A stretch of DNA of 64,000 nucleotides from a bacterium (GTDB taxonomy: Bacteria; Patescibacteriota; Microgenomatia; Levybacterales; UBA12049), in NCBI GenBank assembly GCA_021791545.1, contig JAJYWL010000016.1, forward strand, positions 9,533-73,532, in the 5' to 3' direction. Numbering within the stretch: position 1 is the first letter of the stretch; each line of letters begins with the position of its first letter. Shown in pieces: positions 11,360-21,603 of this stretch. The notes beneath the pieces were generated by a model. It was not told the origin of the DNA. It was given only the letters and a program-made list of their open reading frames with translations, and did not search any database. The translations under genes and the position numbers were made by a program.

Positions 11360-11629
11360 TTATTTTGAAGCCTTATCCTCTGATTTTAACTGTTTCATTT
11401 TCCACATAAAGAGACCAATTTTGTTGTCTGCGTTACTGTCAGAAACAAAAGATAAAGCCTTATCCAAAATAGATCTATGAACAGTCTTTGCAAGCTTTAT
11501 ATACATTGCTCTATGTTTATAATCGTCTAGCTGCTCCGCAAGATATATACCGTATGACTGGAATTCTCTTGAAATATATTTGTCTTTTGCCGGATCGAAG
11601 TTTTTGAGGATTTTACCTACCTGTTGCAT
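11360..11629 (-). CDS. Hypothetical protein
   Basis: 89-aa ORF, TATAAT-6-ATG, coupled to acyP. Confidence 0.75.
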   Translation of the reverse strand: MQQVGKILKNFDPAKDKYISREFQSYGIYLAEQLDDYKHRAMYIKLAKTVHRSILDKALSFVSDSNADNKIGLFMWKMKQLKSEDKASK

Positions 11630-11646
11630 TGATTTATTATAGCAAA

Positions 11647-12246
11647 TTACTTTATATTAAATTTATTCATTGCAGCTTCCAAACCCTTGTCCAAAGACAT
11701 AATAATTGCCTCTACTCCCTTTTTCTCTAGTTCCCTAATATTTCCCATATCGCCTTTTTTAAACTTTCCCAGGACATAACTATCTATTTTCTTAGGTTGT
11801 TTTTGCTTAAGAGCTCCCTGAAGTTGTCTTCCTATTCCCATCCTAAATCTCCAAAATTTATCCGTTCCCAAGGTATTTATAATTGAATCAACTCCCCTAT
11901 GTCCTGCCGATGCTCCTCCGAATCTTATCTTCATATTTCCTATAGAAATATCTACATCATCATGGATTACCCAAATATCTTCAGGCGGGATTTTATAATA
12001 TTGGGAAATTGCTTTCACGGCCATACCTGAATTATTCATAAAAGTCTTTGGCCTTACGAGGATAATTTTCTCTTCCTTGTATTCTACTTCTGCAGTTTCT
12101 GCCTTAAACTTCTCGTTATCATTCCACTTCGTCTCTTTTACGGGCTCCATTTTCCTTAAGAAACTCGAAAGTACAATAAAACCGAGATTATGTCTGGTTT
12201 TCTCGTACTTAAGTCCCGGATTTCCTAGTCCGACTATGAGTTTCAT
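11647..12246 (-). CDS. pth: Peptidyl-tRNA hydrolase
   Basis: LIVGLGNPG, TRHNLGF, FMNNSG, HDD, GHRG. Start at 12246. Confidence 0.96.
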   Translation of the reverse strand: MKLIVGLGNPGLKYEKTRHNLGFIVLSSFLRKMEPVKETKWNDNEKFKAETAEVEYKEEKIILVRPKTFMNNSGMAVKAISQYYKIPPEDIWVIHDDVDISIGNMKIRFGGASAGHRGVDSIINTLGTDKFWRFRMGIGRQLQGALKQKQPKKIDSYVLGKFKKGDMGNIRELEKKGVEAIIMSLDKGLEAAMNKFNIK

Positions 12247-12364
12247 ATGTTTATTATAAGGCATCTCTGCAAGAATTTAGTTAATTATTCTTAAGTAAAA
12301 AGAAATGACGTATTCTAACCCTTCAGGAAGAAGCATTAAAATACGTCAAAAGATCTTTTACCGA

Positions 12365-12805
12365 CTATTTATAGTAGGGTTTTATCTGGAAAAGGAAATA
12401 GAATGCTATTAACGAAACCAAAACTCCTACTACTGAGAATGAAATTACTGCAGCTACTACTGCTACGACTTCCGACCAGAACATAAGGTTCCAGCCTGCC
12501 ATTTTTCTTTTGAAAAGACTTGGTGATGCAACGAGCATCATTACGCTTTCCACCAAACCCAATACTGCTGCTACCAATAATCCCGTTGCGAGTCCTACTC
12601 CACCTGCCATCGCGGCAAAAGGTGAAAATACAGCAGAAAGTCCGAATGCCGAAAGAGATGCCAATACTCCCAAAACACCGAATATCAAAGCTAACCAGGG
12701 AGTTATTGTCACTATAAATTCTCGGACGCTGGGGGCCAAAGCTGGAAGTTTTTTATAAACGTCCTCTACGGAAGCTACCAAATTTAATGTTTTTGTTTGT
12801 GCCAT
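12365..12805 (-). CDS. Hypothetical membrane protein
   Basis: About 4 TM helices; SD AAGGAGGTG precedes ATG 12805. Confidence 0.8.
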   Translation of the reverse strand: MAQTKTLNLVASVEDVYKKLPALAPSVREFIVTITPWLALIFGVLGVLASLSAFGLSAVFSPFAAMAGGVGLATGLLVAAVLGLVESVMMLVASPSLFKRKMAGWNLMFWSEVVAVVAAVISFSVVGVLVSLIAFYFLFQIKPYYK

Positions 12806-12942
12806 TTTGTCACCTCCTTTCACTCGATTGGAGAATCAAACCGGCTTTAATTGATAGTATAGTTAATAATTTTAAAAGTCAAGGCCAAGCCTACATAAAA
12901 TTAAGTATTGAAAAGATGAGTTTATAAGTGATTAAATAAATT

Positions 12943-13242
12943 ATGGCGTTAAGGGAAATGGAATCATCTTTATTTGAACCGCAACAAGTAACGCCCCCCG
13001 CCCCCGAAGAAGTAGACCCTGAAGAAATAAAACAAATGTTGAGGTTTTTAAGAGACGGAACCCACCCTGATCCAAAATACGGAACAGTACGCGGGAATCA
13101 ATTGGTATTAGGAGCACAAGCCGAGGAGCCCGAAAAACCAATGCTGACGGTAATAGAAAATAGAAAACCCGGAATTCTTCAAAGAATATTTAGTAGAAAA
13201 GATGCACCTATTTCTTCCCCTGCTGCTGGTACATCTCGATAA
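12943..13242 (+). CDS. Hypothetical protein
   Basis: 99-aa ORF in an intergenic gap with a promoter-like upstream sequence. Confidence 0.55.
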   Translation: MALREMESSLFEPQQVTPPAPEEVDPEEIKQMLRFLRDGTHPDPKYGTVRGNQLVLGAQAEEPEKPMLTVIENRKPGILQRIFSRKDAPISSPAAGTSR

Positions 13243-14938
13243 GTTCTTCAACACTGGTTGCGTCTTCTGCCTTTTTATCGGCATTCCTGAATGAAACAAG
13301 TCTTGGAAATCTTAAAGCATATCCGGGTTCTCCGTCTTCTTTTCCTGCAGTATGGACGGGAGATCGGGTTATTTCATCTGCCAAGACTTCTATAACAATC
13401 TCCGGTCTTATCCAAACTGAAGGATTAATTATCGAATTTACTCTTGGAGGTTTATGATCCAGAGCTATTTTATCTGCCCTGTTATGTATCTCTCTCCACT
13501 CTTCATCCGAAAGTCCTGTTCCGATTTTGCTGACAGTAACAAATTCATCCTTTTTGGGGTCGTATATCCCCACCAGAAGAGCTCCCGCACCAAAAGCCGT
13601 TCTCTTACCTCTTCCCGTTATATATCCCAAAATTACGCAATCTATGGTGTCATTTAATTCTCCCGAAGAATGTCTCTTTAATTTCACCCAATTAAAGTTT
13701 CTTGCTCCTGCTTCATATGGACTTTGAAGTTTTTTAATTACTACTCCCTCAAGGCCCTTAGATATTGCATCCTCAAGTAAATTTGAGAGAGTTTTTGGAT
13801 CCTTTATCGTCTGGTTACCGGTCTTAATCAAGACATCATTATTCGGAATCGTTTCCTTTAAAATTTGAAGCCTCTCTTCCAATGGCTTATCCAGTAGTCC
13901 TTTTCCGTCTTTATATAAAATGTCGAAAACAAAAGCTTTTAAGGGAAGGCTTTTTGCCATTTCTTCGATTCCATGCTTCCTTCTTCTTTTGGTTGTTTCC
14001 TGGAAAGGAAGAAACTCTTCGGATTCGGGACTATAAGCAAGAGCTTCTGAATCAAGTATTACAGATTCTGCTTTGATTTCCGTTTTTGCAGCTTCAATAA
14101 GTTCGGGGAACATATGGGTCATTTCCTCAAGATTTCTTGAAAACATCCTAATGTTGTCACCGTCTTTATGTATCTGGACTCTGAACCCGTCATATTTATA
14201 CTGAGCGTCTACTTCCCCCATTTTTTCTATTACCTTAGCTGGACTTGGAAGTCTTTCGCAAAGCTCTGATCTTATTGGATTTCCCACTCTTACTTCCAGT
14301 TTCTCTACCCCATCAAGTCCTTTATTAAATAGTGTTTTTGCAATAAGTCCCAGATCGGAAGTCCTGTTATATGCTCCTTCCATTAGTTTTCTGTTTGATT
14401 TATCTCCGAGTTTTGCCGTTGCCAAGGCGTCTAAAACAGTAGGATCTCCTATACCAAGCCTTAAGTTTCCTAAAGGAATCCTGACCAGGTGTTTTGCCGA
14501 AACCGCATCTACATTTTCCAAAAGCCCCGTTAAGAGAGTCTGTCTTTTCTCGACAGTTCCTGCTCCCTGAGTCTTAGCTATTTCTTCCAATGTTTTATAG
14601 ACATCTTCTACTGTTAACCCGCTATCTTTTGCCCCGGTCTTTTGCGCAAGCTCTCCTGCGGCAAGCCCTTCGTCTCCCAATTTGGCAAAAAGTTTAAGAA
14701 CATCTTCTTTATTCGATTTATATGCATTGGCTATAGAAACAGCCACGTTTTTCTCTGCCATTCCTATCTCTAATGGGACGAAAAACGGAGCAAGTCGCCC
14801 CTGGAGAAGATAAACAATCTTATCTATTTCTTTTTCCTCTGTTTCCTTAAAAAGATCGGAAAGAATATCTATTAAGGAAAGTCTTGAAGAAGTTTTTTCT
14901 AGATTTTCAAAATATTCGCTAAGTTTTGAGAATTTCAT
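13208..14938 (-). CDS. ATP-dependent DNA ligase (archaeal/eukaryotic-type architecture with N-terminal DNA-binding domain)
   Basis: KYDGFR adenylation motif, EGVVIK, WVKLK, LRFPR. Confidence 0.95.
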   Translation of the reverse strand: MKFSKLSEYFENLEKTSSRLSLIDILSDLFKETEEKEIDKIVYLLQGRLAPFFVPLEIGMAEKNVAVSIANAYKSNKEDVLKLFAKLGDEGLAAGELAQKTGAKDSGLTVEDVYKTLEEIAKTQGAGTVEKRQTLLTGLLENVDAVSAKHLVRIPLGNLRLGIGDPTVLDALATAKLGDKSNRKLMEGAYNRTSDLGLIAKTLFNKGLDGVEKLEVRVGNPIRSELCERLPSPAKVIEKMGEVDAQYKYDGFRVQIHKDGDNIRMFSRNLEEMTHMFPELIEAAKTEIKAESVILDSEALAYSPESEEFLPFQETTKRRRKHGIEEMAKSLPLKAFVFDILYKDGKGLLDKPLEERLQILKETIPNNDVLIKTGNQTIKDPKTLSNLLEDAISKGLEGVVIKKLQSPYEAGARNFNWVKLKRHSSGELNDTIDCVILGYITGRGKRTAFGAGALLVGIYDPKKDEFVTVSKIGTGLSDEEWREIHNRADKIALDHKPPRVNSIINPSVWIRPEIVIEVLADEITRSPVHTAGKEDGEPGYALRFPRLVSFRNADKKAEDATSVEELIEMYQQQGKK

Positions 14939-14939
14939 A

Positions 14940-15986
14940 TTATGCCATTATATACTTTGCGCCCTTGGTTACACCATGTTTTTTAATTATCCCGCTATGA
15001 ACAAGAACCTTCAATTCGTTAAGTATTGTATCTTCGGAAACCATAGGAAAAAGTTGGACAAAAGCCTTGTTCTGTAAAAAACCCGTCTTTTGAATGTACT
15101 GAATTATCTTTAATTGCCTGTCTGATAAAAGCAAGGGTTGTCCTCCAAGTTTTTCTTTAAGATTAACATCTACAGAAATAGCTTCAATCTTATCTTTAAT
15201 CTTTGAAAGTTCTATCGCAAGTCCTAAACTGAAATATTCAAGCCACTCGGTAAGAACACCATCGTTTTTTTCAACACTTTGAAGCGCCTGATAGTATCTT
15301 GCTGCGTCAGTATCAAAATATTCTTCCAAAGAGAAAAACTTTCGTATGTCATAGCCCTCCTGAAAAAGAATCAAAGTAGAAAGAGCCCTCGCTACTCTTC
15401 CATTACCGTCTAAAAAGGGATGGATTCTAACAAATTCGAAATGTGAAACTGCACTTTTTAAGATGGGATGAATATCTTCTTTGGAATTTAAAAACTCCAA
15501 TAAATCTTTTAACTGGAAAGGAACTGCAACCGCCATTGGAGGCCTGAATGAAATTTCCCCGGTATAACTATTTTTAACTACAACCTGCGTTTTCCTTAAT
15601 TGCCCACACTGATCAGCTGGAAGAATTTTATCCACTGTTATTTTATGCATTTGTTTTATTAAATCTTCCGTAATCTCCGTTTTTATATCTGAAATCCTTG
15701 AACTACCTATTAATTCCATTACCTTTCTGTAGTTAATTACTTCTTGGATATCTCTATCTCTTCCGGGCACCTCTATTCCGTCCATAACCTTTTCCGCTTG
15801 GCTTAGATTAAGCTCGTTTCCTTCTATATGAGTTCCGTAATGAACAGCCCTTACAAGTGCGTCTTTTTGGAATTCTCTCTCATAGAAAGGAAGGAGTGGA
15901 GCGTGGTCTATTACTTCCCTTGAAGCTTCAATACTTCCTATGTTTTTTAGTATCTGGTTGGTAATAGTAAATTTAGGAGAATACAT
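14940..15986 (-). CDS. Fic family protein with C-terminal wHTH
   Basis: HPFLDGNGRVAR catalytic motif and THIEGN inhibitory motif. Start revised to MYSPKF (TATAAT-7-ATG). Confidence 0.92.
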   Translation of the reverse strand: MYSPKFTITNQILKNIGSIEASREVIDHAPLLPFYEREFQKDALVRAVHYGTHIEGNELNLSQAEKVMDGIEVPGRDRDIQEVINYRKVMELIGSSRISDIKTEITEDLIKQMHKITVDKILPADQCGQLRKTQVVVKNSYTGEISFRPPMAVAVPFQLKDLLEFLNSKEDIHPILKSAVSHFEFVRIHPFLDGNGRVARALSTLILFQEGYDIRKFFSLEEYFDTDAARYYQALQSVEKNDGVLTEWLEYFSLGLAIELSKIKDKIEAISVDVNLKEKLGGQPLLLSDRQLKIIQYIQKTGFLQNKAFVQLFPMVSEDTILNELKVLVHSGIIKKHGVTKGAKYIMA

Positions 15987-16051
15987 CACAAAGATTATAT
16001 CAAAAATTCCCGAACTTTTCCCTAGATTACTCAATTTGATATAATTACTAC

Positions 16052-16333
16052 ATGGCAAAGAAAATAAATAAAAAAGAAGAAAACGGGACAAAATTTCATA
16101 TAGAACTGATAAAACAACTTACTGCTTTGTCAACCGCAGGATTCGGTTTAGTTGCAGCACTTGCCTGGAACAGTGTGATACAAGAATTAGTCAACACCTA
16201 CATCAAGAAATACTTTAAGGGAAGCGGACTCATTTCCCTTTTAATCTATGCCCTGATAGTAACTTTAATAGCAGTAATTGTCACTTACCAACTTTCAAAA
16301 CTTTCAAGAAAAGCCGGAGTAGAGAAAAAATAA
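16052..16333 (+). CDS. Small 2-TM membrane protein (DUF5654-like)
   Basis: GFGLVAALAWN motif. Confidence 0.75.
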   Translation: MAKKINKKEENGTKFHIELIKQLTALSTAGFGLVAALAWNSVIQELVNTYIKKYFKGSGLISLLIYALIVTLIAVIVTYQLSKLSRKAGVEKK

Positions 16334-17395
16334 TCAAACCTCTTTTACGAATTTAATAAGCTGTACTTTATCTATAATTTCTTTTGGAAGAAACTCTTTA
16401 TGGGTTGTTGTAATAATCGTTTGCTGTTCTCCCAAAATTTCCAGAATAAGACCAATATGCCCCTCGTCAAGCTCGGAAAATATATCATCTAAAACAAAAG
16501 TAGGCCTTTTACCTAAAGCATTTTCTATATATTCAATTTCAATATGTTTAAGCTGTAATATCGCAAGCCTTTGTTGTCCTCTTGATCCGAAATATTTAAT
16601 ATCATGGGTAGAATCATCCGCTTTATTAAACATCGAGACAGAAAAATCGTCTCTATGAGGACCTACTAAAGTTACACCTGCTCCCACTTCCGCTTCCCTA
16701 TACTGATTTAATCTTTCCTCCGAAATTATGCTCTTATCGTAATTAATTAAGAAATCAAAAATTGTTTTTTGTGAATTGTTTGCAAAAGTTATAAACTCCT
16801 CTCTTTTATTTGTTATATTCTGGCCGTGTTTTATCAAAAGCTCGTTCCAATACTCGAATTGTTTTTCGTTTCTTACTCCCGTATCTCTTGCAAGTTCTAA
16901 AAGAGCATTTCTTTGTCTTAACGCTTTATTGTATGACGTTATATCCACTCTGTATGATTTGTCTACCTGCTCAAGTACTTCGTCTAGGAAATTTCTTCTT
17001 AAAGAAGGAGATTCTATTATTATCTCCAAATCCTGAGGAGAAAACATTACCACTGAAAAATTTCCCTGAAAATCAACTTTCCTTTTTGAAACACCGTTTA
17101 CAAGAAACTTTTTATATTGAGATTTCTGACCGTATAAAAAGCCGTTTGTCAAAACTACTTCAAGTTCTGTATCTTCGGTTTTTCCCTTTACCCTTCCTAT
17201 TTCTTCGCTAAATTTAAGCATTTGGGCATCCTTATCTGTCCTAAAGCTTTTACCAAAAGCAAGAAGATATATGCTTTCTACAAGATTTGTCTTACCTGAA
17301 GTGTTGGGGCCAATTACTACAGTTGTTAGTCCTTCAAATTCGAAGTCCTTTTTATCGTAGTTTCTGAAGTTTTGAAGCTGAAGTTTCTTTAACAT
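16334..17395 (-). CDS. recF: DNA replication/repair protein RecF
   Basis: NFRNY, GPNTSGKTN, GPHRDD, SRGQQR, LDDIFSELD. Confidence 0.96.
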   Translation of the reverse strand: MLKKLQLQNFRNYDKKDFEFEGLTTVVIGPNTSGKTNLVESIYLLAFGKSFRTDKDAQMLKFSEEIGRVKGKTEDTELEVVLTNGFLYGQKSQYKKFLVNGVSKRKVDFQGNFSVVMFSPQDLEIIIESPSLRRNFLDEVLEQVDKSYRVDITSYNKALRQRNALLELARDTGVRNEKQFEYWNELLIKHGQNITNKREEFITFANNSQKTIFDFLINYDKSIISEERLNQYREAEVGAGVTLVGPHRDDFSVSMFNKADDSTHDIKYFGSRGQQRLAILQLKHIEIEYIENALGKRPTFVLDDIFSELDEGHIGLILEILGEQQTIITTTHKEFLPKEIIDKVQLIKFVKEV

Positions 17396-17408
17396 GCCTT
17401 TGTGGCAT

Positions 17409-18110
17409 TTATTCTATCACAGTCCCTACAAACTTTTCTCCATTGAAGTATTTTTCCAAATTTTCAAAATCATGACCGGACAAAACAGTAACCTTAATAC
17501 CGAGCTCTTGCGCTTTTTTGGATGCTACGGGATCAAACGGAGCATTTAGACCCGGTGTCCACTCATCCCCCACTATCTTTCTGAAATCTTCCCATGAAAT
17601 CTTATCTATCGGCTTTGCGTCTTTAAACTTCTTTGGATCTTTATCATAAACCTTGGAAATATTACTTAAGTTTATTACTTCCTTAACTCCGTAGTCTTCG
17701 CAAAGAAGTACTGCGTCGTAATCCGTCGACCAACCGGGCTTCCATCCCGCTGCTACAACCACGGGTTCCGTTACTTTTCTTATGATTTCGTAATGTTTTA
17801 TTAAGTAGTGGTGAGCGATATCCTGGAAGATAGTCCTGACCAAATGAGCGTTTAGTCTACTTGCATGAATACCTAGCCAATCTAAATCTTCTCTTGATAA
17901 CTCATGTTTTACGACTTCTCTTCCCGCGTTGATATAGTGCCTTGCTGTTGCTCCTCCTCCGGCAACCAAAAAAAACTGGCGGTTCTTATTTTTCGCCAGT
18001 TGGTCTCGGACAAAATCGTTTAGATTGGAGAGAAACTTAGTATCAATTCCCCCATCGGGGACAATCAGGGAGCCTCCTATAGACATTATTACTTTGTCAG
18101 TAAAAGCCAT
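17409..18110 (-). CDS. pyrH: UMP kinase (archaeal-type)
   Basis: SIGGSL, GGGATARHYI, PGWSTD, DPKK, PFDP. Confidence 0.92.
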   Translation of the reverse strand: MAFTDKVIMSIGGSLIVPDGGIDTKFLSNLNDFVRDQLAKNKNRQFFLVAGGGATARHYINAGREVVKHELSREDLDWLGIHASRLNAHLVRTIFQDIAHHYLIKHYEIIRKVTEPVVVAAGWKPGWSTDYDAVLLCEDYGVKEVINLSNISKVYDKDPKKFKDAKPIDKISWEDFRKIVGDEWTPGLNAPFDPVASKKAQELGIKVTVLSGHDFENLEKYFNGEKFVGTVIE

Positions 18111-18166
18111 AAAAAATCTAGCTTGCGCTAGATATTAATAGTACCAATTGGATAATAAAATATCAA
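18111..18166 (-). promoter_or_regulatory. pyrH promoter with 5' hairpin and U-tract
   Basis: TTGATA-17-TACTAT, then TAAT-ATCTAGC-GCAA-GCTAGAT-TTTTT-ATG. Confidence 0.65.
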
Positions 18167-18168
18167 CC

Positions 18169-19011
18169 CTACTTTTGACAATTTTCGCAAAAATATGTTC
18201 CTCTTCCGCCCAAAAAGATCTTCTTGACAGTTCCTCCGCAGTTTTCGCATTTATCTCCCTGTCTTCCATAAATTAAAGTGTGATTCTGATATCCACCCTC
18301 TTGTCCCAAGACATTTACAAAATTAAGTTCGCTTGCACCACCGTACTTTATTCCCTTTTCCATTACCGTATGGACTGCTTTATATAATTTTTCTATTTCC
18401 TCGTCCGAAAGGGTTTTTGCTTTTCTTCTAGGGTCTATTTTTGATAGAAACAAGGCATCGTTTGCATATATATTCCCTATTCCCCCTATTTTTTTCTGAT
18501 CCATGATAAGAGGTTTAATAACAGTATTAGAGTTTTTGATTACATTTTGGAATTTTTCCAAGGTTAAATCTTTAAATGGCTCAGGTCCCATTCCTTTAAA
18601 GTACGGTAGTTCCCCTACTTCACTCGTTGGTAAAACTTTAATCCAACCAAATCTTCTCCTGTCGTTATAATAAAGCATTGCTCCCTTATCCAAGGTGAAA
18701 ATTACGTGGGTTGCGGAAGAAGGAAGAGTTCCCACTTTTTCTTTTGATAAAGGTTCGTCTTTTGTTTTTTCGTCCCTATAAATAAGCTGACCCGTAAGTT
18801 TTACGTGTATTGCCATGGAGTTTCCGTTATCAAGGTCTATTATCAAACCCTTTCCCATTCTTCTTACTCCTATGACTTTCGCACCCATTACTTCTTGCGG
18901 TTTTCCTTGAAATAGCTTAGGCACCTTTACTTCGACAAGTTCAATCTTATGTCCAACGACATATTTCTCAAGACCCAATCTTAATGTTTCTACTTCTGGT
19001 AGTTCCGGCAT
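18169..19011 (-). CDS. mutM: Formamidopyrimidine-DNA glycosylase
   Basis: MPELPEVE, GIGNIYA and a C-terminal Zn finger. Confidence 0.97.
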   Translation of the reverse strand: MPELPEVETLRLGLEKYVVGHKIELVEVKVPKLFQGKPQEVMGAKVIGVRRMGKGLIIDLDNGNSMAIHVKLTGQLIYRDEKTKDEPLSKEKVGTLPSSATHVIFTLDKGAMLYYNDRRRFGWIKVLPTSEVGELPYFKGMGPEPFKDLTLEKFQNVIKNSNTVIKPLIMDQKKIGGIGNIYANDALFLSKIDPRRKAKTLSDEEIEKLYKAVHTVMEKGIKYGGASELNFVNVLGQEGGYQNHTLIYGRQGDKCENCGGTVKKIFLGGRGTYFCENCQK

Positions 19012-19012
19012 A

Positions 19013-20110
19013 TTATTTTCCTTTAGAAGTTACAAACTCTTTTATTTCCTTTTTAAAGTTAGAACCTTCAAATTTCTTTGAATTCTTTATTACATCTTCT
19101 CTTTTCCAATTCATTGTCTCAAACTTTTTTAAAGCTTGTGTAAGAGACTCTACCGTTAGTTGATCAAAAAATAAACCGGTTTTCCCCTCTTTTACTGTTT
19201 CCAAAGCACCACCTGATCTAAAAGCAATTACGGGAGTCCCTAGAGCCATTGCCTCAACCGGAGTTATCCCGAAATCTTCATCCTCAGAAGCAAAAATAAA
19301 AGCTTTTGCATTTCTCATTAACTTAAATTTATCTTCATCTTTTACTTCCCCTAAAAACTCTGTCTTATCTCCCGAAAGCTCGACGAGTTCTTCTCCATAT
19401 CCTGCAAACCCCTTTCCGAATACCTTAAGCTCCTTATCAAGATTGGCGAAGGTTTCAACAATTAAATCGGTGTGCTTCGGTCTTGCCAATCTTCCTCCTG
19501 TAAGATAATAATCTCCAGCCTTCGAAGCTTTTACTTTAGGAACGCTTACGGGAGGATATATTACTTTTGCATCTCTTCTATAGAATTTTTTAATTCTTTC
19601 CTTTACGTTTTCAGAGTTAGAGATAAAGAAATCTACGTTTTGTGAAGCTTTATAGTCAGCTATTCTTAAAAGATGGTTTACCACTTCTCCTACCGCTCTC
19701 ATAACAACATTTTTCTTCCAGTTTCTTGCTGTTGCAAAGCCATAAAGGTATCTTGGTGGCGTATGCGAATAACAAATTTGAACTGCATTCTTCTTATTTA
19801 TTGAGTTTGGGACATAAGCTCCTGTTTGAGAAACAATAATTACATCAAACTTTGAAAAATCAAATCTTTTAAAAGCAAAAGGAGCTACAAGACGAAAAGG
19901 ACTTATGAGTTTATATGCGAAAGGAACATTTTGAAGAAAGCTTGTATGAACTTTAAGTTTTTCGAATCTTTTTTTATGAGGTCCCAAGAAAGAAGGAAAA
20001 TATACCAAAGTAAAAATTTCAGCTCCCGGAAAGATTTCAACGAGGTTCTCTAAAACCTTTTCTGCTCCTCCGTATTCTTTTAGATAATCGTGAACTATAG
20101 CTACTTTCAT
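19013..20110 (-). CDS. Glycosyltransferase family 4
   Basis: GGAEKV and EDFGITPVEAM motifs. Confidence 0.92.
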   Translation of the reverse strand: MKVAIVHDYLKEYGGAEKVLENLVEIFPGAEIFTLVYFPSFLGPHKKRFEKLKVHTSFLQNVPFAYKLISPFRLVAPFAFKRFDFSKFDVIIVSQTGAYVPNSINKKNAVQICYSHTPPRYLYGFATARNWKKNVVMRAVGEVVNHLLRIADYKASQNVDFFISNSENVKERIKKFYRRDAKVIYPPVSVPKVKASKAGDYYLTGGRLARPKHTDLIVETFANLDKELKVFGKGFAGYGEELVELSGDKTEFLGEVKDEDKFKLMRNAKAFIFASEDEDFGITPVEAMALGTPVIAFRSGGALETVKEGKTGLFFDQLTVESLTQALKKFETMNWKREDVIKNSKKFEGSNFKKEIKEFVTSKGK

Positions 20111-20661
20111 ATTCCAAGCTCTGCTTCTGTTTTACCTAGAAAATCTCTTATTATCTCCCCTTCTTCATCTGTCATTTTTGAAAGATCCCTTTGAACTCTA
20201 TATTGTAACTCCACGCCATTCCTACTTGAATATTGTACATGAAGTTCAAAATTACTATTTGTTCCAAAAGAAGCAAAAACATTGAGGCCTTGCCTTACTA
20301 TTCCTCCTATAGAAAGCAATATTGAATTAGGGTTTTGAAGATTGGAAGAAGCAATTATCTCATATTCATCAACCTTAAGAATGACGTCACTTTCTTCACA
20401 TATTTCAGGATCAGTCAGATAATCCGTAGAAGGGACTCCATTCTCTAAAACATAGTTTCTGATATTGCCTATTCTTAAAAGTAGCGGGTCGATCTCCTCA
20501 GGAGAAATTAGGTGCTCCGAAGAAGCCATATGACTTTGAGCACTGAGCCCCTTAATTATTCCTATTCCTTTTTGTATAGGATTATTTGGTAGAGCTTTTC
20601 TGTTAAAAGCACTTACTCTTCTTAATTTATCCTCTAATGAAGAATATATTGCCTCTGTCAT
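20107..20661 (-). CDS. Hypothetical protein
   Basis: 184-aa ORF translationally coupled on both sides. Confidence 0.65.
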   Translation of the reverse strand: MTEAIYSSLEDKLRRVSAFNRKALPNNPIQKGIGIIKGLSAQSHMASSEHLISPEEIDPLLLRIGNIRNYVLENGVPSTDYLTDPEICEESDVILKVDEYEIIASSNLQNPNSILLSIGGIVRQGLNVFASFGTNSNFELHVQYSSRNGVELQYRVQRDLSKMTDEEGEIIRDFLGKTEAELGI

Positions 20662-21579
20662 TTATAAAAGATCTAGTTGATCGGGCTCCTTTTTCTTTTC
20701 TTCTTCCGCTTTTTGCTCTTCCAACTTTATCTTCCCCACCAAACTTCTCATTCCAAGTTTATTGAAATATTCATATAAATCCTTTGTATTGAAGTTTTTC
20801 ATGGAAGCTTTACCAAGCTCTAGCGTTATGGGGGCATCTCTTACGATTGTTGCAAGTTTTTTAGCAAGTGCCGCCTGCTCCGCATCTGTGGCAAGCTTTA
20901 AAGAAAGATTTTGGGGAAGGTCGGAAAGATGAGAATAAAGATTCTCGAATGTTTCATACTTATGTAAAAGGTTTGCCGCTGTCTTTGGACCAACTCCGGT
21001 TACGCCTGGATAGTTATCTGAATTGTCCCCAACCAATGCTTTATAATCGATAAACTGGTGAGGATGCAGTCCGTATTTTTCCTGAACTTTTTCAGAATCG
21101 AAAAGAATCATCTTGGTGATTCCTACTATTGGAGCAAGAATCTTAACATTATCGTCAACTAATTGAAGAAGGTCCCTGTCACCCGTAACTATTATTGTCT
21201 CAAGGTCCTTATCAACAGATGCCTGGGTTGCAAGAGTTCCTATCAAATCGTCTGCTTCATATCCGTCAATTTCAAAAATCTCTACTTTTGCCTTCTCCAA
21301 AGCTTCATGGATAAGCTTAAATTGACCCGAAAGGCCGTCATCCATCTTTGGCCTAGTTGCCTGATACCCCACATATAATGACTTTCTAAAGGTTGGCTTA
21401 CCCCTATCAAAACAGACGACAAAATAATCAGGTTTAAGATCATTTATGATTTTTGTAATCATTGCGAAAAAACCGTAGACGGCATTTGTGGCAGTACCCT
21501 CTTTTGTACTTAAATTAGGCAATGCATGGTAAGCTCTGTGGACGATAGCGTTTCCGTCTATAAGTACGAATTTTTTCAT
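20662..21579 (-). CDS. Stand-alone 5'-3' exonuclease (PolA N-terminal/FEN domain)
   Basis: LIDG...HRAYHA, YEADD, TGDRD, GDNSDN.PGV.GVG.KTA; ends after about 305 aa. Confidence 0.92.
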   Translation of the reverse strand: MKKFVLIDGNAIVHRAYHALPNLSTKEGTATNAVYGFFAMITKIINDLKPDYFVVCFDRGKPTFRKSLYVGYQATRPKMDDGLSGQFKLIHEALEKAKVEIFEIDGYEADDLIGTLATQASVDKDLETIIVTGDRDLLQLVDDNVKILAPIVGITKMILFDSEKVQEKYGLHPHQFIDYKALVGDNSDNYPGVTGVGPKTAANLLHKYETFENLYSHLSDLPQNLSLKLATDAEQAALAKKLATIVRDAPITLELGKASMKNFNTKDLYEYFNKLGMRSLVGKIKLEEQKAEEEKKKEPDQLDLL

Positions 21580-21603
21580 TTCAATAGTTAAATATTAACA
21601 CAA

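Noticed and set aside
12306-12348. Inverted repeat TGACGTATT...AATACGTCA
   Set aside because: Best explained as a terminator-like hairpin after the 12365-12805 gene; no ncRNA signature.
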